Source: Podarcis melisellensis (taxonomy: Eukaryota). Taken from it: 64,000 nt of DNA. The position numbers and the translations under genes are program-made. The notes under the pieces were generated by a model that ran no database searches, was not told the origin of the DNA, and was given only the letters and a program-made list of their open reading frames with translations. Positions within the stretch are counted from its first letter, which is position 1, and each line of letters starts with the position of its first letter. Positions 24,349-38,544 of this stretch are shown here, in pieces. Where the stretch lies: assembly GCA_964234715.1 (NCBI GenBank), contig OZ174286.1; one strand, 5' to 3'.

Positions 24349-26699
24349 AAAACGTAAGGGCAGGCCCCAACGTAAGCTCCTAACAAGATTTATTCTACCT
24401 TGCCTTTCAACTTCGAGCCAGTTTCAGCCCCACTCAGCATCTCCAGTTAAAATAACTCAGGTAACAGGTATGGGGGAATGTCTCTTCCTGAGACCCTAGA
24501 AAGTGCTGGCCCATCAGTCTTGGACTAGAAAAGACCAAGTGTCTGAAGTGAAGAAATGTTGTTCAGTTCCAAATGCAGCTTACAACGAAGCAGTAAAATA
24601 ATAAACTAAACTGATTTTTAATCAAACATCAATAGCAGCAAATGGGTTTTACTAAAATTCTGGCAAGCATTTGTGTGTGTCGGCAAGTATCTCTCTGCAG
24701 GGAGAAAAATGGCTGGGGATTTGTGTGTTGCTGCAGACTTTCAGTTAATCTTGGGAAATACATGTATGAGGCAACCCTCAGAGAGGTTCAGTGTTTTGTT
24801 TGCATACAGCACAGTAGCTTGTACATGCACACGTATGTACATCCTGGAAGTCTACACCGGCATAAATCCTCTTCTGTCAGAAATTGTGTGCTTGCCATCC
24901 AGTGAACTCACAGCCAATGTGAATTTTTCACTAAGGGCTCCCTGGCTCCCAGTTTATTTTCTTCACCACTAAGCTCTTTTGCAGCTGCCACTGTTTTGGA
25001 AATGGCTGCAGGCAGCGTGTAACCCATTTCACACAGACGCAATTCTATACGCAAGGGGGCTCGTGTGTTCCTGCTTTTAAAAGGGGACTAGTCTGAAAGC
25101 CAACTTGAGAGCAAAAAAATATTATGCTTAAGTATGCAGGAATTGATGAGGCAGGTGGGACTGGAGCTAGCAGTCCTGCCGTAGGCTCTTAATGACACAT
25201 CATGGAAGCAAAGATGTTTTGAGGACAGTGCAACATTATCAAAACGATATTTTATTCTCCGCAGTGGAATCAGGTTGGCAAGAATGTGTTTTAAATCCTG
25301 GCCAACCTGAGATCAGGGATCCTGTGCATTGATTAAGGTGGTTTCAGCTTCTACAGTGCCACAAAGAAATCTGGTATTCCACCAATGTCAGGTGCCTTGC
25401 CTCAACAGCTGTTCTTTACAGTTCAAGATTTGCCCTGTTTCTTGATGTATGCCTTTAAAGATACATTGCTCTAGCAAAATAAAGCACATTGGAGCTGTTT
25501 TGGTGCCCAACTGGCGGCTTTGTTCTCCAATCAACTGATACCCATGTACACTTACAATTGTTAAGTAGGTGGTTTGGATGATGTTAGCCAGTGCCTGCAA
25601 CTCCATCCCTTCTAGTGATGAAGACTGGGACTAGAGAAGCTCACTCCAGCCGATACCGCCATTTTGGTAGGCATTGCTGCCCGGGCTGTCTGGTGACACA
25701 AAAGAGCCAATGTTCCTGGTTCCCAATCTCCATCTAGAAAGGGAGTATATCAGCCTTTGAAAAAGTCTTATCTGAAACCTTGACCAATTCAATATTCCTT
25801 CATCTGAAACAAGCATGTCTAACAATAGATCAAATGTGATGATCTCCAACTGCAAGGCTTTTTAGATTCTCTTATTTGGTGATAATCTCCTTCCCTTATG
25901 CAGACAAGAATATCCTGAACTAAGCAGCATCTAGCTCAAATTCTGAGCATAGGAACTGAGCTGAAAATAGGGAGCAATTTGCCCTATTTGTTATGGAACG
26001 TCTTGAGACCAATCAGTTCTGTCTGAATATTCTGCACTCCCTGTTCTACAGTGCATTAGAGAGTCAAGATGTCATCTAGGTAATGCTACAGAAACATTCA
26101 TTGCAACCTCGAAAGTGCCACCATGGTTACTAAACCTTAGTGTACACCCTAGTCCTGATGCAAGTTCTATTAAGAACACTCCGTACTAATGATTACGAGA
26201 GCTGTACCCACATCTCAAGTCAACTGGGCACATGGAGATACGTAGAAATGCTTCTGCACAGAAAGTTGGATGCCAGGAAACCCTGCAGAGAACCAGTCTC
26301 CTGGCCTGCACAGGAAGGTTAATGTGAAGAACTGAGAATAGCCTCTGAAGGATAACAGGCTATATATAATTACTCTGCAAAATAAAATTCTGAAGGAGAG
26401 CTTAGGCAGTTGCTTTCTGCTGTTTGCAGTCTCTTATGGAGGTGTAAACACACAGCCAAGGAAAATGCAACACAGAAGCATAATTGGAGTTTAATGTGGG
26501 TGGGGTGAGTATTCCTCCCCTTTCTCTTCAAACAAAAGAATTTCCTCTGGCATGAAAATATAGTTCCTGAAATACTTTTTCTATTGGTATTCTTCCTTCA
26601 TGAATTGTTGATGCTTAAAAAAAAAGAATCAAATTTAGAATTCCAGTATTATGTTGGCCACCGGAAATGTGTTCAAAAGTATTATTATAGAGGTATGGA

Positions 26700-26990
26700 G
26701 TCATGTTTCCTCCTGTATACTAGAATTCAGGGTCATTCAGTGAAGCTGAATGTTGGAAGATTCAGGAAAGACAAGAGAACATACTTCTTCACAAAGGACC
26801 TACTTAACTGGTTTGCTCCCACACGATGTACTGATGAACACCAAGTTGAATGGCTTTTTTAAAAAAGGGATTAGACTCATTCATGGCAGCTAAGGCTAAG
26901 TTGTAATTCCACTGTGAGTCAATTTCTGGGAACCACAGGTGAGGAGAGGGCACTTGCACTCAGGCTGGTTGGCACCATGAGAACAAGATG
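26700..26990 (+). mobile_element. CR1 LINE 3' fragment
   Basis: TRIQGHSVKLNVGRFRKDKRTYFFT matches the CR1 ORF2 C-terminal TRGHxxKL...FFT motif. Confidence 0.8.
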
Positions 26991-28414
26991 GGTGATACCC
27001 AACTAAGACATACTCCAAATCAGATACATGGAATCCATGTATACATTTAAGATAATCCTGGTTAACTCAAGTCCATATATTTCAATGGGACTAATCAGAG
27101 TATGACTTAGGTCACATCCACACCATTTAAAGCACCATTATACCTCTTTAAACAGTCATAACTTCCTCCCAGAGAATAATGGTGCCAATTGGCTGGAGCT
27201 GATCGACACAGCTGGTTTACACAAAGATAAAAACAGATTGTAGCTTACCTTGTCTGAGGTGAAGACTGTTTCTGGTGCCTTGCTAGGCAGATGTTTTCTG
27301 TGATAAAACTTTTATCACAGCTCATTTCTTTGACATTGTGACAGAGTCCGTTCTTTATTTAGAGTTACGGTACTTTAACTGCTGTAAGCTGCCATGAGGT
27401 ATGCATAGGTGTTCAATTCTCAAAGAGATTGCCCTCTTGGATGAGCCAAACTTAACTGCTTAACTGAGATGCTCAGTTTCCAGGCCAATTTATTGGGGGG
27501 GGGGGGGGATTTTGATGGGACACTGGGACAGATGATGGGATAAGTGGCCTTAGTGTGCTGCAAGCTTTTCATTCTATCCTTTCACCATTGTCTCCCTGCA
27601 ACGATTTCCCCTCTTCTATCACTTCCAAGAGCCAGTTCAGGGTGAAGTTTCAAATCACTCGATTTATTATTTATGCTCCGTTCAGAGCGGCTCAACATGG
27701 GCATACACTAAACAAAGGGGTATATTTTTTAAAAAGCACACAGGTTAAAACAACCATTTAAAAAATGAGAGCAGTGACCCAAAAGGCAATGAAAGGCAAC
27801 ACTAAAAATGAGGGGTTTGTTTTTTTAAAAAAAATTAATTATGGTGAAAGGCGTTCTAAAGGCAAGGCTGACAGGGTGTTTCTTCCAGTACAATATTCCA
27901 AAGGCATGAGACCACCACTAAGAAATCTTCTGCTCTTACGATCACTATTTAACGGGTGAAGAGGATGGTAGACAGAATCTTAAAACTTGGACTGGCCACT
28001 ATGGAACAATTCTTAATGATGTCCGATGCCAGTGCTTCATAACCCTTTTTCTCTATGTTTCTCTATGGACCACTTGAAAATTGCCAAGAGCCTTGCCAAA
28101 ACACCAGATTGGTTTTTCTGTTGGTTGTGCTAGATGCTGTATGGTTTTATTTTTACAGACACAGTACAGGCCACCCAAATAAAGCTTTGGAAACACCATC
28201 CTAGACTATTAAAAGCAGGGGGGGGGCCTCAGGCCTGGGGTTGAATGTGGGACCCCAGCAGCCCTGTTTATCTGGCCCTCTTGACTCTCCCCAAGCCAAA
28301 CCCCTCAGTAGCCCTGCTCCACACTCGGAATGTTTCTTCCTGGATGGAATGTGTTCTTGAAGTCCGATAATGCCTTTTGCTTGTCTGGATGGGGAACACA
28401 GAGAACACGAACAA

Positions 28415-28449
28415 ACACACACACACAAACACACACACACACACACACA
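28415..28449. repeat. (AC)n microsatellite, one interruption
   Basis: Read directly from the sequence. Confidence 0.95.
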
Positions 28450-28477
28450 GTAGCCTAATGCACAAAGGTAACATTTC

Positions 28478-28645
28478 AGAGAACCATAGTTGGAAGGGAT
28501 CAGAGGGTCAACTAGTCCAACCCCCTGCAAAGCAGGAATCTCAGCTAGACCAACACAAATGGCCACCCAATCTGCTTAGAAACCTCCAATGAAGGAGTCC
28601 ACAACCTTCCGAGGGAGCCTGTTCCACTGGCAAACAGCTCTTACC
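28478..28645 (-). mobile_element. CR1 LINE 3' end
   Basis: agttggaaggga...ctagtccaaccccctgcaaagcaggaatc...acctccaatgaaggag...ttccgagggagcctgttccactgg. Confidence 0.8.
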
Positions 28646-29372
28646 TCCACCCACTTTCACCACTGGCTCCACCCACCACTGACATGCAACCCTCATGGAT
28701 TCATGGGCTGAAAAAAGTTCCCCATCCCCGATTTAGTTTCAAAAGGTAAAACCAGCACCTTAAACTACATAGACAGGCAGCCAACTAAGTTGAGAAATAC
28801 GGATTATACATGCTGATCAGAGCACACAACAAGTCAAGCCTGGCTGCTCTAACATGGATTCCTTAGGAAGGAATTCTCTCCTTTGCGTGCACTGAGTGCT
28901 CTTGGGCTGCTACTGCAAGGGAGGTCTCACATTGAAAGCTCACAATTGTCCTTTCCTCCACATTCAATCCTACCCCATCTTAAGGCCCCCTTTGGGGAAA
29001 GGATAGTAGGTTTCCGCCCTCTTCACTTTCCAGATGTGAAGGTGATGGTCCTTCCCTAATAATTTATTTTTTTCTCAGCTTCTCTAGGATCCTTAAGTTG
29101 GGGTGGGGAATTATTTTTGGCCAGCCTTCTATCAAACCAAAGCTCTGCCTGGCTAGGCAAGTCCAACTCCGCTACCAGAAGAGGACCTTTCCTATTAAAA
29201 CAAGCCTGAAAGCTGAGAAGATTGGCTACATCTATAGTGTGAGAATACACCCTTCACCTGCCTTATTTGGTACTGTTCCTCTGACATAATTGCTCTCAAG
29301 TGCATGCAGGGAAGATGGGAGGTCACACACCACTGTGTTAACTAGGTTGTAGCCTTTCCCCACCCCTTCTTA

Positions 29373-29378
29373 TTTATT
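29373..29378 (-). promoter_or_regulatory. Candidate distal GLCCI1 poly(A) signal AATAAA
   Basis: tttatt on the + strand, at the end of a further ~1.1 kb of repeat-poor UTR-like sequence. Confidence 0.35.
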
Positions 29379-30494
29379 GCAGTCACATTCACAAGTTCAA
29401 CCCCACAGCTGCTGAGATGGAACAGGTAATGCAAAGCAAGCAAACTATAATGAGATACAAGTTGCACCCAGAATTGCACCAAAGAGCAAAATACAATGCA
29501 GACACAGCCACGGATTAATCAAAATGATTATATTGCCATTGCAGCATGTTACTGGAATATTTATAAATATAGTAGGCAAGTTAGAGAACTATCCACTTCA
29601 AACGCAAACTAAAATGCACTCATAGTAGGAACACAAGTACAAGAAAATGTTACTGATTTGTTTTCTCAAATTTATGGTGTTTGGGCCACTAAGTGAAGTG
29701 TTGTGTTCAAATGAGCCAATACTAAAAGCTTACTGGAAAACATGTCACAATGTTAAGCAGAGTTTTAAAGGGTGCTGAAGCGCATGACGACACTTTCCCA
29801 CGTATATAAAAGCTGTTGCACTGGGGAAAATGTGCTTTGCTGAAAAATAATAACCAAACTAAGTTATGTTCTGTAGCTTCTCCTAAACAGTAGAGGTTTT
29901 TGGAATCTTTAATATGTTAAAAGGCATTTGGAATAGTCCATTTTGATATGCTATTCCAGTCCTGAGACTGAAGAGAACAAGTTGCGAAAAGACAGCGAGC
30001 CAGTTCCGTGCTATTTGTTAAAGCCATGAGAAATGAAATCTACATCGTCATAACAAGATGAATGGCCTATGAAGAAGGGAATGTTTTCTAAATTATTTAG
30101 TCAGGTTGCACTAACCTTATTCCACTATGTACAGTGGAATGCAGTTTTTGCACCATGTTACAGTGGAAATAAATGATTAAGCGTGCAACATAGCAATAGT
30201 TCAGCTACAAAAAGCTACAATTTCAATTCAATGATTGATTAATATTGGACTTTACAACCACCTTTTCTGCAGATATATGCAAGCAGAGAATCCCACCTCT
30301 CAACTAGTTTCTCTTCTTCCTGCTGCAGTTTCCTTATGGAAAGGGGAGTTTTAACCCAGGGCAGCACTTTTTGTGATCCCTCAATCCCTCGATTCTGGAA
30401 AAGTTCAAGACTACAGCTGATGCTTTTTCTGAATGTTCAGCTTCTAGACAGCTTTCAAAAGACAGACAACACACTACATTTTACAGGTTGTAGG

Positions 30495-33115
30495 GTGTTT
30501 TTTTCTAATAATTTTATTTAAATAAGACACAGGGACGTCTATACTGAAAAAATACAAAACAAAAGCCACACATTTCCTTGTGTAAAGCAATATTGTGTGG
30601 TAATTCAAATACTGTTCAGCACAGTGGCTAGAAATAACAGTACAACTATGTACAAAACTCTTGAAACAATATTTGACAAATTTCTACAGCTGAATGTAGG
30701 ATATATTGGAGATCAACAACTGCTGGGAAATTTACATAGCAAAGCATTAGGTTTTAAACACATTTGATTCAGAGCCTTCCAATATGCCAAGGGCAAATGT
30801 GTGTGACAATTAATATTTAGTTTCTCGTGAGAAAACAGAACAAGTAATATCACTGTAAATATTGTTCACCAGAGTTCACTCTTGATCTAAAAAGTCACCT
30901 GATAGTTTCTCATAAAACCCTATAACATCAAGAACTGTGACAATGTATTTATATTTGGAAAAAAGAAAGAGGGTGAGAAGGTAGATGTACTGTCATAGTC
31001 AACTTTAATGTAAAACTTCAAAGAACACACATTTAGGTCACAAGAAACTGGATGCTTTTTCCCTTACCCTTTATTAACATACAAACTATATAGTGCTTCC
31101 ACCAAGGCCTGAGATTAGCAAGATTAAAGATGCCTGTTGCTGTATTAAAAAAAATACTGTGAAAACAAAAGACAAAACAGATCTTTTAAGCTTTCCGCTC
31201 TCCGCCTGCTCCTACAGTCACACAGCGACTGAAAAAGAGGCTGTCGGTCTAACTTCCTAACAGGTTATTACCAAACTCTTTGGTGATGATAGGAAGGAAA
31301 CTGGGCTTCATCTTGCAACAACATACATGTGCTGTATATTTCATTGCTTTTCTTAGGTACTTTTCACTGAGGCCTTTTTTATTATTTCCCAAATTTCTTC
31401 CACAAAAGTAGTAGCGGAGAGAGTATAAATTGCTGCTGCAGCAGCTGCAGTCTTAATCTTTTCAGTTCCTGAAGAGGGGCAAGTAGGCTTTCTTAGAACA
31501 GGCTTGCATAAAGGTACTTCCACTGAACTGAAAGCACAGAGCTAAGAATATTGAGTGGGTCTCTTGCCTTTGGGGTCCCTCTTTGTATTGCAGGTTCATT
31601 CTCTCTGAAAGCAGCACTCGCACAGTTCCAGGGCTACTGTAATGTAACACTACTGGAGGCTTCTAAGCTATGCAGCATCTGAAGACAAGCGAATGCACTG
31701 CCTGCCCACCTTCAAACTAAATTTACCTGCCAATGGGCCTAAACCAGAGGGTACTAAGAAAGGCTTCGATTAGATACATGACTTAAAAACTATTGCTTCT
31801 TTCTTTCTTTTTCTTTCTTTCTCTTTTTTGTTTTTGTTTTTTTTTCTACAAAACCTCATAGCCGCTTTAAGAGATTTTTTTAAAGTTCAGATGCAAAATA
31901 CCCACTGTACAAATAAAACAAAGTTCACCTATCATTGCTTGTCAAAAACCCGAGATATTTTTTTTTTTTGCAACCAGCATATGAATGGAACATTTCCTCC
32001 AAAAGAGAAACTAAACATTAATTAAGACTCCTAAAATGGTAACAGTAGCATTTCACGTCCTTATAACTCGCCAATGCAAACGCGTGAGGAAATTCCCACC
32101 CACCCCCTCTGAAACCTGGGGGGAGGGGGGGAATGAATTTGCTGAAATTAAACGAAAACATTCTTGCCTTAGAGCCTCTCTCACACACACGTCATGGAAT
32201 GTTTCTTATGTGCAGCCTAAAACTGAACACTTTATTCACAACAGCTTAACAGTCATTAACTGTGCAAACACCTGAAACTTTAAAATGCCACAATTTACAC
32301 GCTGAAACGATGGCAAATGCAACAGTTTAGTTTTTTGTTTTACTTGTAACCACATGACAATGTGATGCAGCACACCACAGATCTGCTGGTTCTCCTCATG
32401 TTCACCCATGTCCAGGGTTCGTATCCCCCTAGATCTGAATGCACTTTTTCCAAGAAAGTGGAATGTAATGAGGAAATATTAATGCATAAAATAAGGAAAG
32501 GCAGAAGAGTGATGATCCCTCTTTAGCTTTTTAGCTGTAAAATATTTTATATCCCAATATGATATACATTCCAAGTTACCTGAGTTTAGACTTCGAGAGA
32601 AGTACCTGAAGCTAGGCCATATAGGGTGGGGACACTGTGCAACTGTTGTGGCCATTTTTTTTTTTTTTGCATTGTATGTATTACAGAAGTTCAAAACATA
32701 AATACCTGGATAAATTGTAAACATAATCCTGAAGTACAGTATTTTCCATAGAATACAACAAAGCAAGACATTTTCTATTTAGACAGGCAACCTTTGTTTG
32801 ATATAGAGCTTATTTATACTGTAGAATTTGAAACAGAACACAGGACAAAGTACTAATCTGGTCAAACATTCTATGAAATGCATAGTCTCCACTTAAAATG
32901 CTTAATGATACACAGATTCTGCAAGCATTCTGCTCCCCCCCCCCTGCAAACTCACACACAAACACAAAAATGCTGAATGCATTTTTGTCCCTGCCAAGAA
33001 CAGTGCTGAAATGCAGAAAGATGCTGATAAGTAGCTTTGTTTTGTTCCAGAAAAGTGCCACTCATGCAGTTGAGTTTTAGACCGTCCCTCTGCCTTTGCT
33101 CATCTAGATTATCAT
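30495..33115 (-). other. GLCCI1: GLCCI1 3'UTR (about 2.6 kb)
   Basis: Repeat-poor, U-rich on the sense strand, and ends near AATAAA at 30518-30513. The exact cleavage site is inferred. Confidence 0.65.
30513..30518 (-). promoter_or_regulatory. Candidate GLCCI1 poly(A) signal AATAAA
   Basis: tttatt on the + strand, with several UGUA motifs upstream on the sense strand. Confidence 0.6.
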
Positions 33116-33493
<378 letters not shown>

Positions 33494-34515
33494 TTAAAGT
33501 TACATACTTGAACATTTGCAGATAACTTAGCATGGGTTGGCAGTTTTGTATGTTGCTAGAATGTGAGTGACAAGAAATGGGATTATTTGACAAATGGGCA
33601 AACATCTTCCATATTGGTAGTCAGCTGACTGATCCACAGCAATAAACAATATACATGCAAAAAGCAACCAGAGAGGTAAGACTTTTCCACAATTCCCTTC
33701 CCTAAAGGATTCAGATGCACAAACCATATCATCAGAAATCAATCAATGTGCCATTTATCAATAGAAAACTCACTGTAGCAAACACACGTGAAATGATAGC
33801 ACAATGTCCTTTTTTCTTTATCTCTATTTTGTCCAGCAAGGCATCTACATTCACTTTAGAATCCTCTATTAATGATCCGGAAGCATTTTTTACCAGCATC
33901 TGGTTTCAGCTATTTTCCCAAGCAATATGTCTATGCCGTCCTAGTCTAAATTAGTCCCATGCTATTTCCTTGTAGAGCAAAACAGGAGATAAAACTGGCC
34001 AAACTTTAAGATATTCCTGCATGTATGTACTTACATACATACTGTGTTCTCTCCCCCACTCCCCAAAATGCATAGCTCAATTAAAAAGACCAAAACTCAA
34101 ATGCTACCAAAATAACTCTGGTCACGGCTGTTATTCACAGCTTCAAAGGCTAAAAAAATAAAGCTGAACTGGTATCATTATAAAGACAGCTTTACTCATG
34201 CTGGAAAATACTTTTTAGAACACTGAAGAAACCATAGCTCTGCTTGCATTTCCTCCTCGGTTGTGCTTTTATACATCTGGGTCATGTGGTCAAGAACAAA
34301 TAGGTTGCATTCCCGGCCCCGCCCCCCGCAAGCTGACAGGAACACTTCAACTTCTTGCCTGTGCAAAATTGGCAAGAGTGGTTTGCTCCTGAAAGAAGAA
34401 GAAGAAGGGAAAAAACCCTCATCAGCTGGAGTAGTTTATTCATCTGCAGTTGAAAAGGTCCAGTAAAAAGGTTTCCTGCATTTGCAGATCCAGCTGATAT
34501 AAAAGGCATTACTTA

Positions 34516-34659
<144 letters not shown>

Positions 34660-37600
34660 TTACTAGGGATTGAGAGTGCTTTTTAATTAAATTTGATTTC
34701 CAAACACCATGGCTTTTGCACAACTTCACTGTTAATGCCAGTTTGTTTCAAGTCACAAAGCTTCTTTTATTGCAGGCTATATCCAACACTCTGGTAGAGC
34801 ACATTTCTTCTGAATAAAAGCTTTAGAGGAGCAGTAATCTACCATACAGCAGCACATAATGGGAGGATCTTTTTATCCAGAATGTTACAGACTGAATAAA
34901 GCAGAGCTGTAATCCTGGAAACAAATAAGTTCTTTATTATGCATTTCAAAAATGTAAATGATCAGGGCAACATGTACAGCATATGCAAAGAAGGGCAAGT
35001 GGTTAATGATAACGTAAAGTTCCGTTGTGTCTTGTCAAAGCATAAACACAATAATTGGAAAGTGCTCGTAAGCAGCTTTTGAAATATGAAGGCATTAAAA
35101 ATATTGTCCACAGTAATGTCACCCACAGAAAAGACCAAAAAGGAAACAAAACCAAGGGCATATATAATGCAGATGCTGATCTTCAATCTGCTGTGTATGT
35201 GAGCTTTGGAACACAGGAAAGGGCTATTCTTTCTCTGCATCCCTGCTTTTCATGGCTGACACATTGGTACAGCTGTTCCTGGTAACCCTTCTTTCACCTT
35301 GGAATACCATTTATCACAACAGCAGAAACCTACGAAGAGCTCGGGCGCCATTCTACCTCCTAAAATTCACCACTGGACTTACATGAGCCAAGCTGGACAG
35401 CACTCCTACATTCCTAAATGTCCTGCATATGTTTTTCAGACAAAGACCCAAAACATTTACACTTTTTTAAGATCAAAAGGCTGAAACAGGCACCTCTCAG
35501 AGCCTTTTTACTTTTTTCTGTATCTTGTGGTTATAAAGTCCTGAACTCACCAAAAGCTCAAATTTGTTCATAGACTGTAGTAATGGAACAGGGCTTTTTT
35601 AATTTTTAAAAAAGAGTTGCGAAGGAGTAGGCAACACTTAGCCTGCTAGAATATATATAAAATTATTATAAAGCTGAGGACTCATGATTTCAAGAAATAA
35701 TAGTTGGAATGGGGACTTTCCAGGTATCCTGATGGAATGGCGGCTGCTAGGTGAGAAAGGGCCGTAGAGATTGGTCTCTTTCTCATCCTAGGATACATGG
35801 CCACGTAAACAACATCAGCACTATCTAGGGGAATACAGGACTGCATTCCCTCTATGGAACTATGAGTAAGTATTCCAAAACAAGTAGGAGTGTGAGGAAC
35901 TGCCAACAACAACTTTATAAAGTTCCCTGAAAGCTAGTAGTAAAAGCCATAAAAGGATAAATACAAGTTCTAAATGCTGCTGTTGTTTTTTGAAAAGTTG
36001 AGTGTCATTTCTCTTGTTGTTTCCCTCCCCCCCCCCCTTAAAATGTCTTCCTCTGTGGTTTCGAAATCAAAGTTTGCTCTGAGTAGACCCACAAAAATAT
36101 CAGAATTGGATGGTTCACTGGAATTTGCTGGTAATAACTTTTTACCTATACAGCTCAATTAAATCATTCTAACATAATCCAGTGACCAATTACACTGGGT
36201 AAAGACTATGAAATGTCCACGGGCTCATTTATATATCCTTCAGTTCCCTAACCATATATAGCACACAAACTTCCCTCCTTTCTTTCTTGTGTGTATTCAA
36301 CCCTGTATGTTCCCTGAGCCCCCCCTTCAAGCATTCAAAATTTAATTTTTCACATAAAGCTAGTCCTAAAAAAACTAACCCTGGAGGAACCTCAGAGTAG
36401 TGAGCAAAGTTTTCACTAACTTAAGAGGCGCTGTGCTCAATAGATGGCTAACAAACAGTGTCAAAGGCTGGTTGTTTTTTAATTTTTACTTATCAGAACT
36501 GAAATTTAATTTAAAAATTCAGAAAGTAAAGGCTGAAAACCAGTATCTTTCTTTGTGGAGCAAGGTCTCAAAACTGAACCCTCCAGCTGTAAATAGCACA
36601 TGGGGTCACCAAACTGAATTCTAATCACTGGCACCCTGTGGAGCTGGCACTTCTAATGCAATAAAACTGCTTCTAATCACAAGGCCAGCCGGGCCCTTCC
36701 TCACCTCCCCTTCTCCACACACACAACAGGTGCCATTAACATTTTCTCCACCCCCTGCTGTGCAAGATCACTCTCCCATCCCAAAGCAGACCATGGGTTC
36801 CCTTTGCAGACTTTATGTTCATTTTCTTTTGAAAATTTCAACCTATTTAAGCAGCTCTTTATAGAAATGTAAAGTAAACAGCTGATCTGATCCAAAGAGC
36901 GGCAGTGGAGCCTGTGGTCAAAGCGCAGACTTAGACAGAAAAGAAAAGATGCTTTAGAAATGTAAAGCAGGTCTGTGTCTGGCCAGCAGGTTAGCTCTCC
37001 CCATGCTTGATCAATTATTAACTTCCATTTTTTATTCAGAAACACAGTCAGGTCCAGCTTAAAGCTGATTTACGACTGAAAAGTATAATGGAAATTTAGC
37101 TGGAGAAGAAAACAAGCCCTACGACAGGGAACAACAGAGCACGGAACCTTTGGGCATTATTTTAAATGCCTTTTTAGCATAAGACATTCAAACTTGAAAT
37201 GGTCTCCTTCCAAAACACTGATACAGTACATTAATCAACTGCTTAGGTTGAACCATCACAGAAGAGCCCTAAAATAAGAGGTGGCAGATGGCTTGAACAG
37301 AGATTAAACTGCCAAAGGTGGGATTCACATTAGTAGTTTGGGAACTTCAACTCTAGAACGCGAAGTGGGGGAAATATTCAACAATAAAAGGAATTGCCAG
37401 CTCTGTTATGCAAACAAGTTGTGAACTACCACTAAATGTGGTACCAAATATGCTTTTCCGGTACAGTAGGACAGGATCAAATTATAATCACTAACAATGA
37501 TTAGTCTGGCTTTCTTCCTAATAAAAAAGTATTTTAAAACATGTATTTCTGATAATCAATATTATAATGTGATTGTGTACTCCAATACACATTTCTGCAG

Positions 37601-38544
37601 CTTCCTAACCGACAGTACAATGCCAACCTAGATCAATCTACTTTAGTAATTTCCCCATGTTTCTATGAAGTTGCGAATTCTGCATATGTGGTACAAATAC
37701 CTATGACTGAATAAACAAACTTGGCAACTGTTTTCCACAAATGAAAGATTGCCAGTGTTGGTGGCCTGATAGAATAGGTTAGATAGGAAAGGTGTAACAA
37801 TTGACATCCTCCCACCATCTTAATTAAAACAGAGCCAGTGATTTTCAACAGTTAAAACAAAGCAGAAAGTACAGTTGGCCATACTTCTTTAACAATTGCT
37901 CAGAGATTTAAGAACACTTCATCCAGAAAGCTTCCTGGAACTAGCACATAATACTGTCTGGATTGATAGCAACAAACTTTCTCTTCTGAAAAAATAGATT
38001 ATCTGTTTAAGTTAACTGGAAAACGTAGTGTTCTGCAGTACCTTGTTTACATTTCGCAATATCACAATGCATTGGGGGAAAATCACACATGGTCTAGAAT
38101 ACAAACCAAAATGATTATTTTATTCAATGCTCCATTATTTTTCTGTACTTAATTAAGCACACAACACAGTTGATGGGGCAAATGTACTTTTTAAGGGACC
38201 ACTGAACTAGTGAGCAATCTGCACAGCCTTTTATCAAACTGTGCCTTGTTCCAGAGGTACCTGCTAACAGGTAACCATCTGTGAAAATAAGTATCAGATT
38301 CATCCTAAGGTAGCATGCACAGCAATTAAAGTTGTAACCACATCAGAGACTGGCTAACCCAAAAATACAGATCTCCAATGATCTAAACTGGGACCAGTGC
38401 AGATTATCTGGAGTGAGAGGTGAGGAAGGAGGTAGCTCAGTTAGTGGGCAATAACCAATTATTCAAGGTGGGGAGAACAAAAGAGGGGTACCGAAGGCTC
38501 AAAAATGAACTCTCCAGACTCGCTGATTGGGCATAAAAATGGTG

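Larger units (their letters stand above)
28215..28730. mobile_element. hAT-like MITE interrupted by (AC)n and a CR1 fragment
   Basis: Left end cagggg...cctcaggcctgggg and right end aaaaagttccccatccccg. Confidence 0.5.

Noticed and set aside
29968-29995. CTGAAGA...GAAA second hammerhead candidate
   Set aside because: Stem II is marginal, and no stem III/UH or stem I can be formed.
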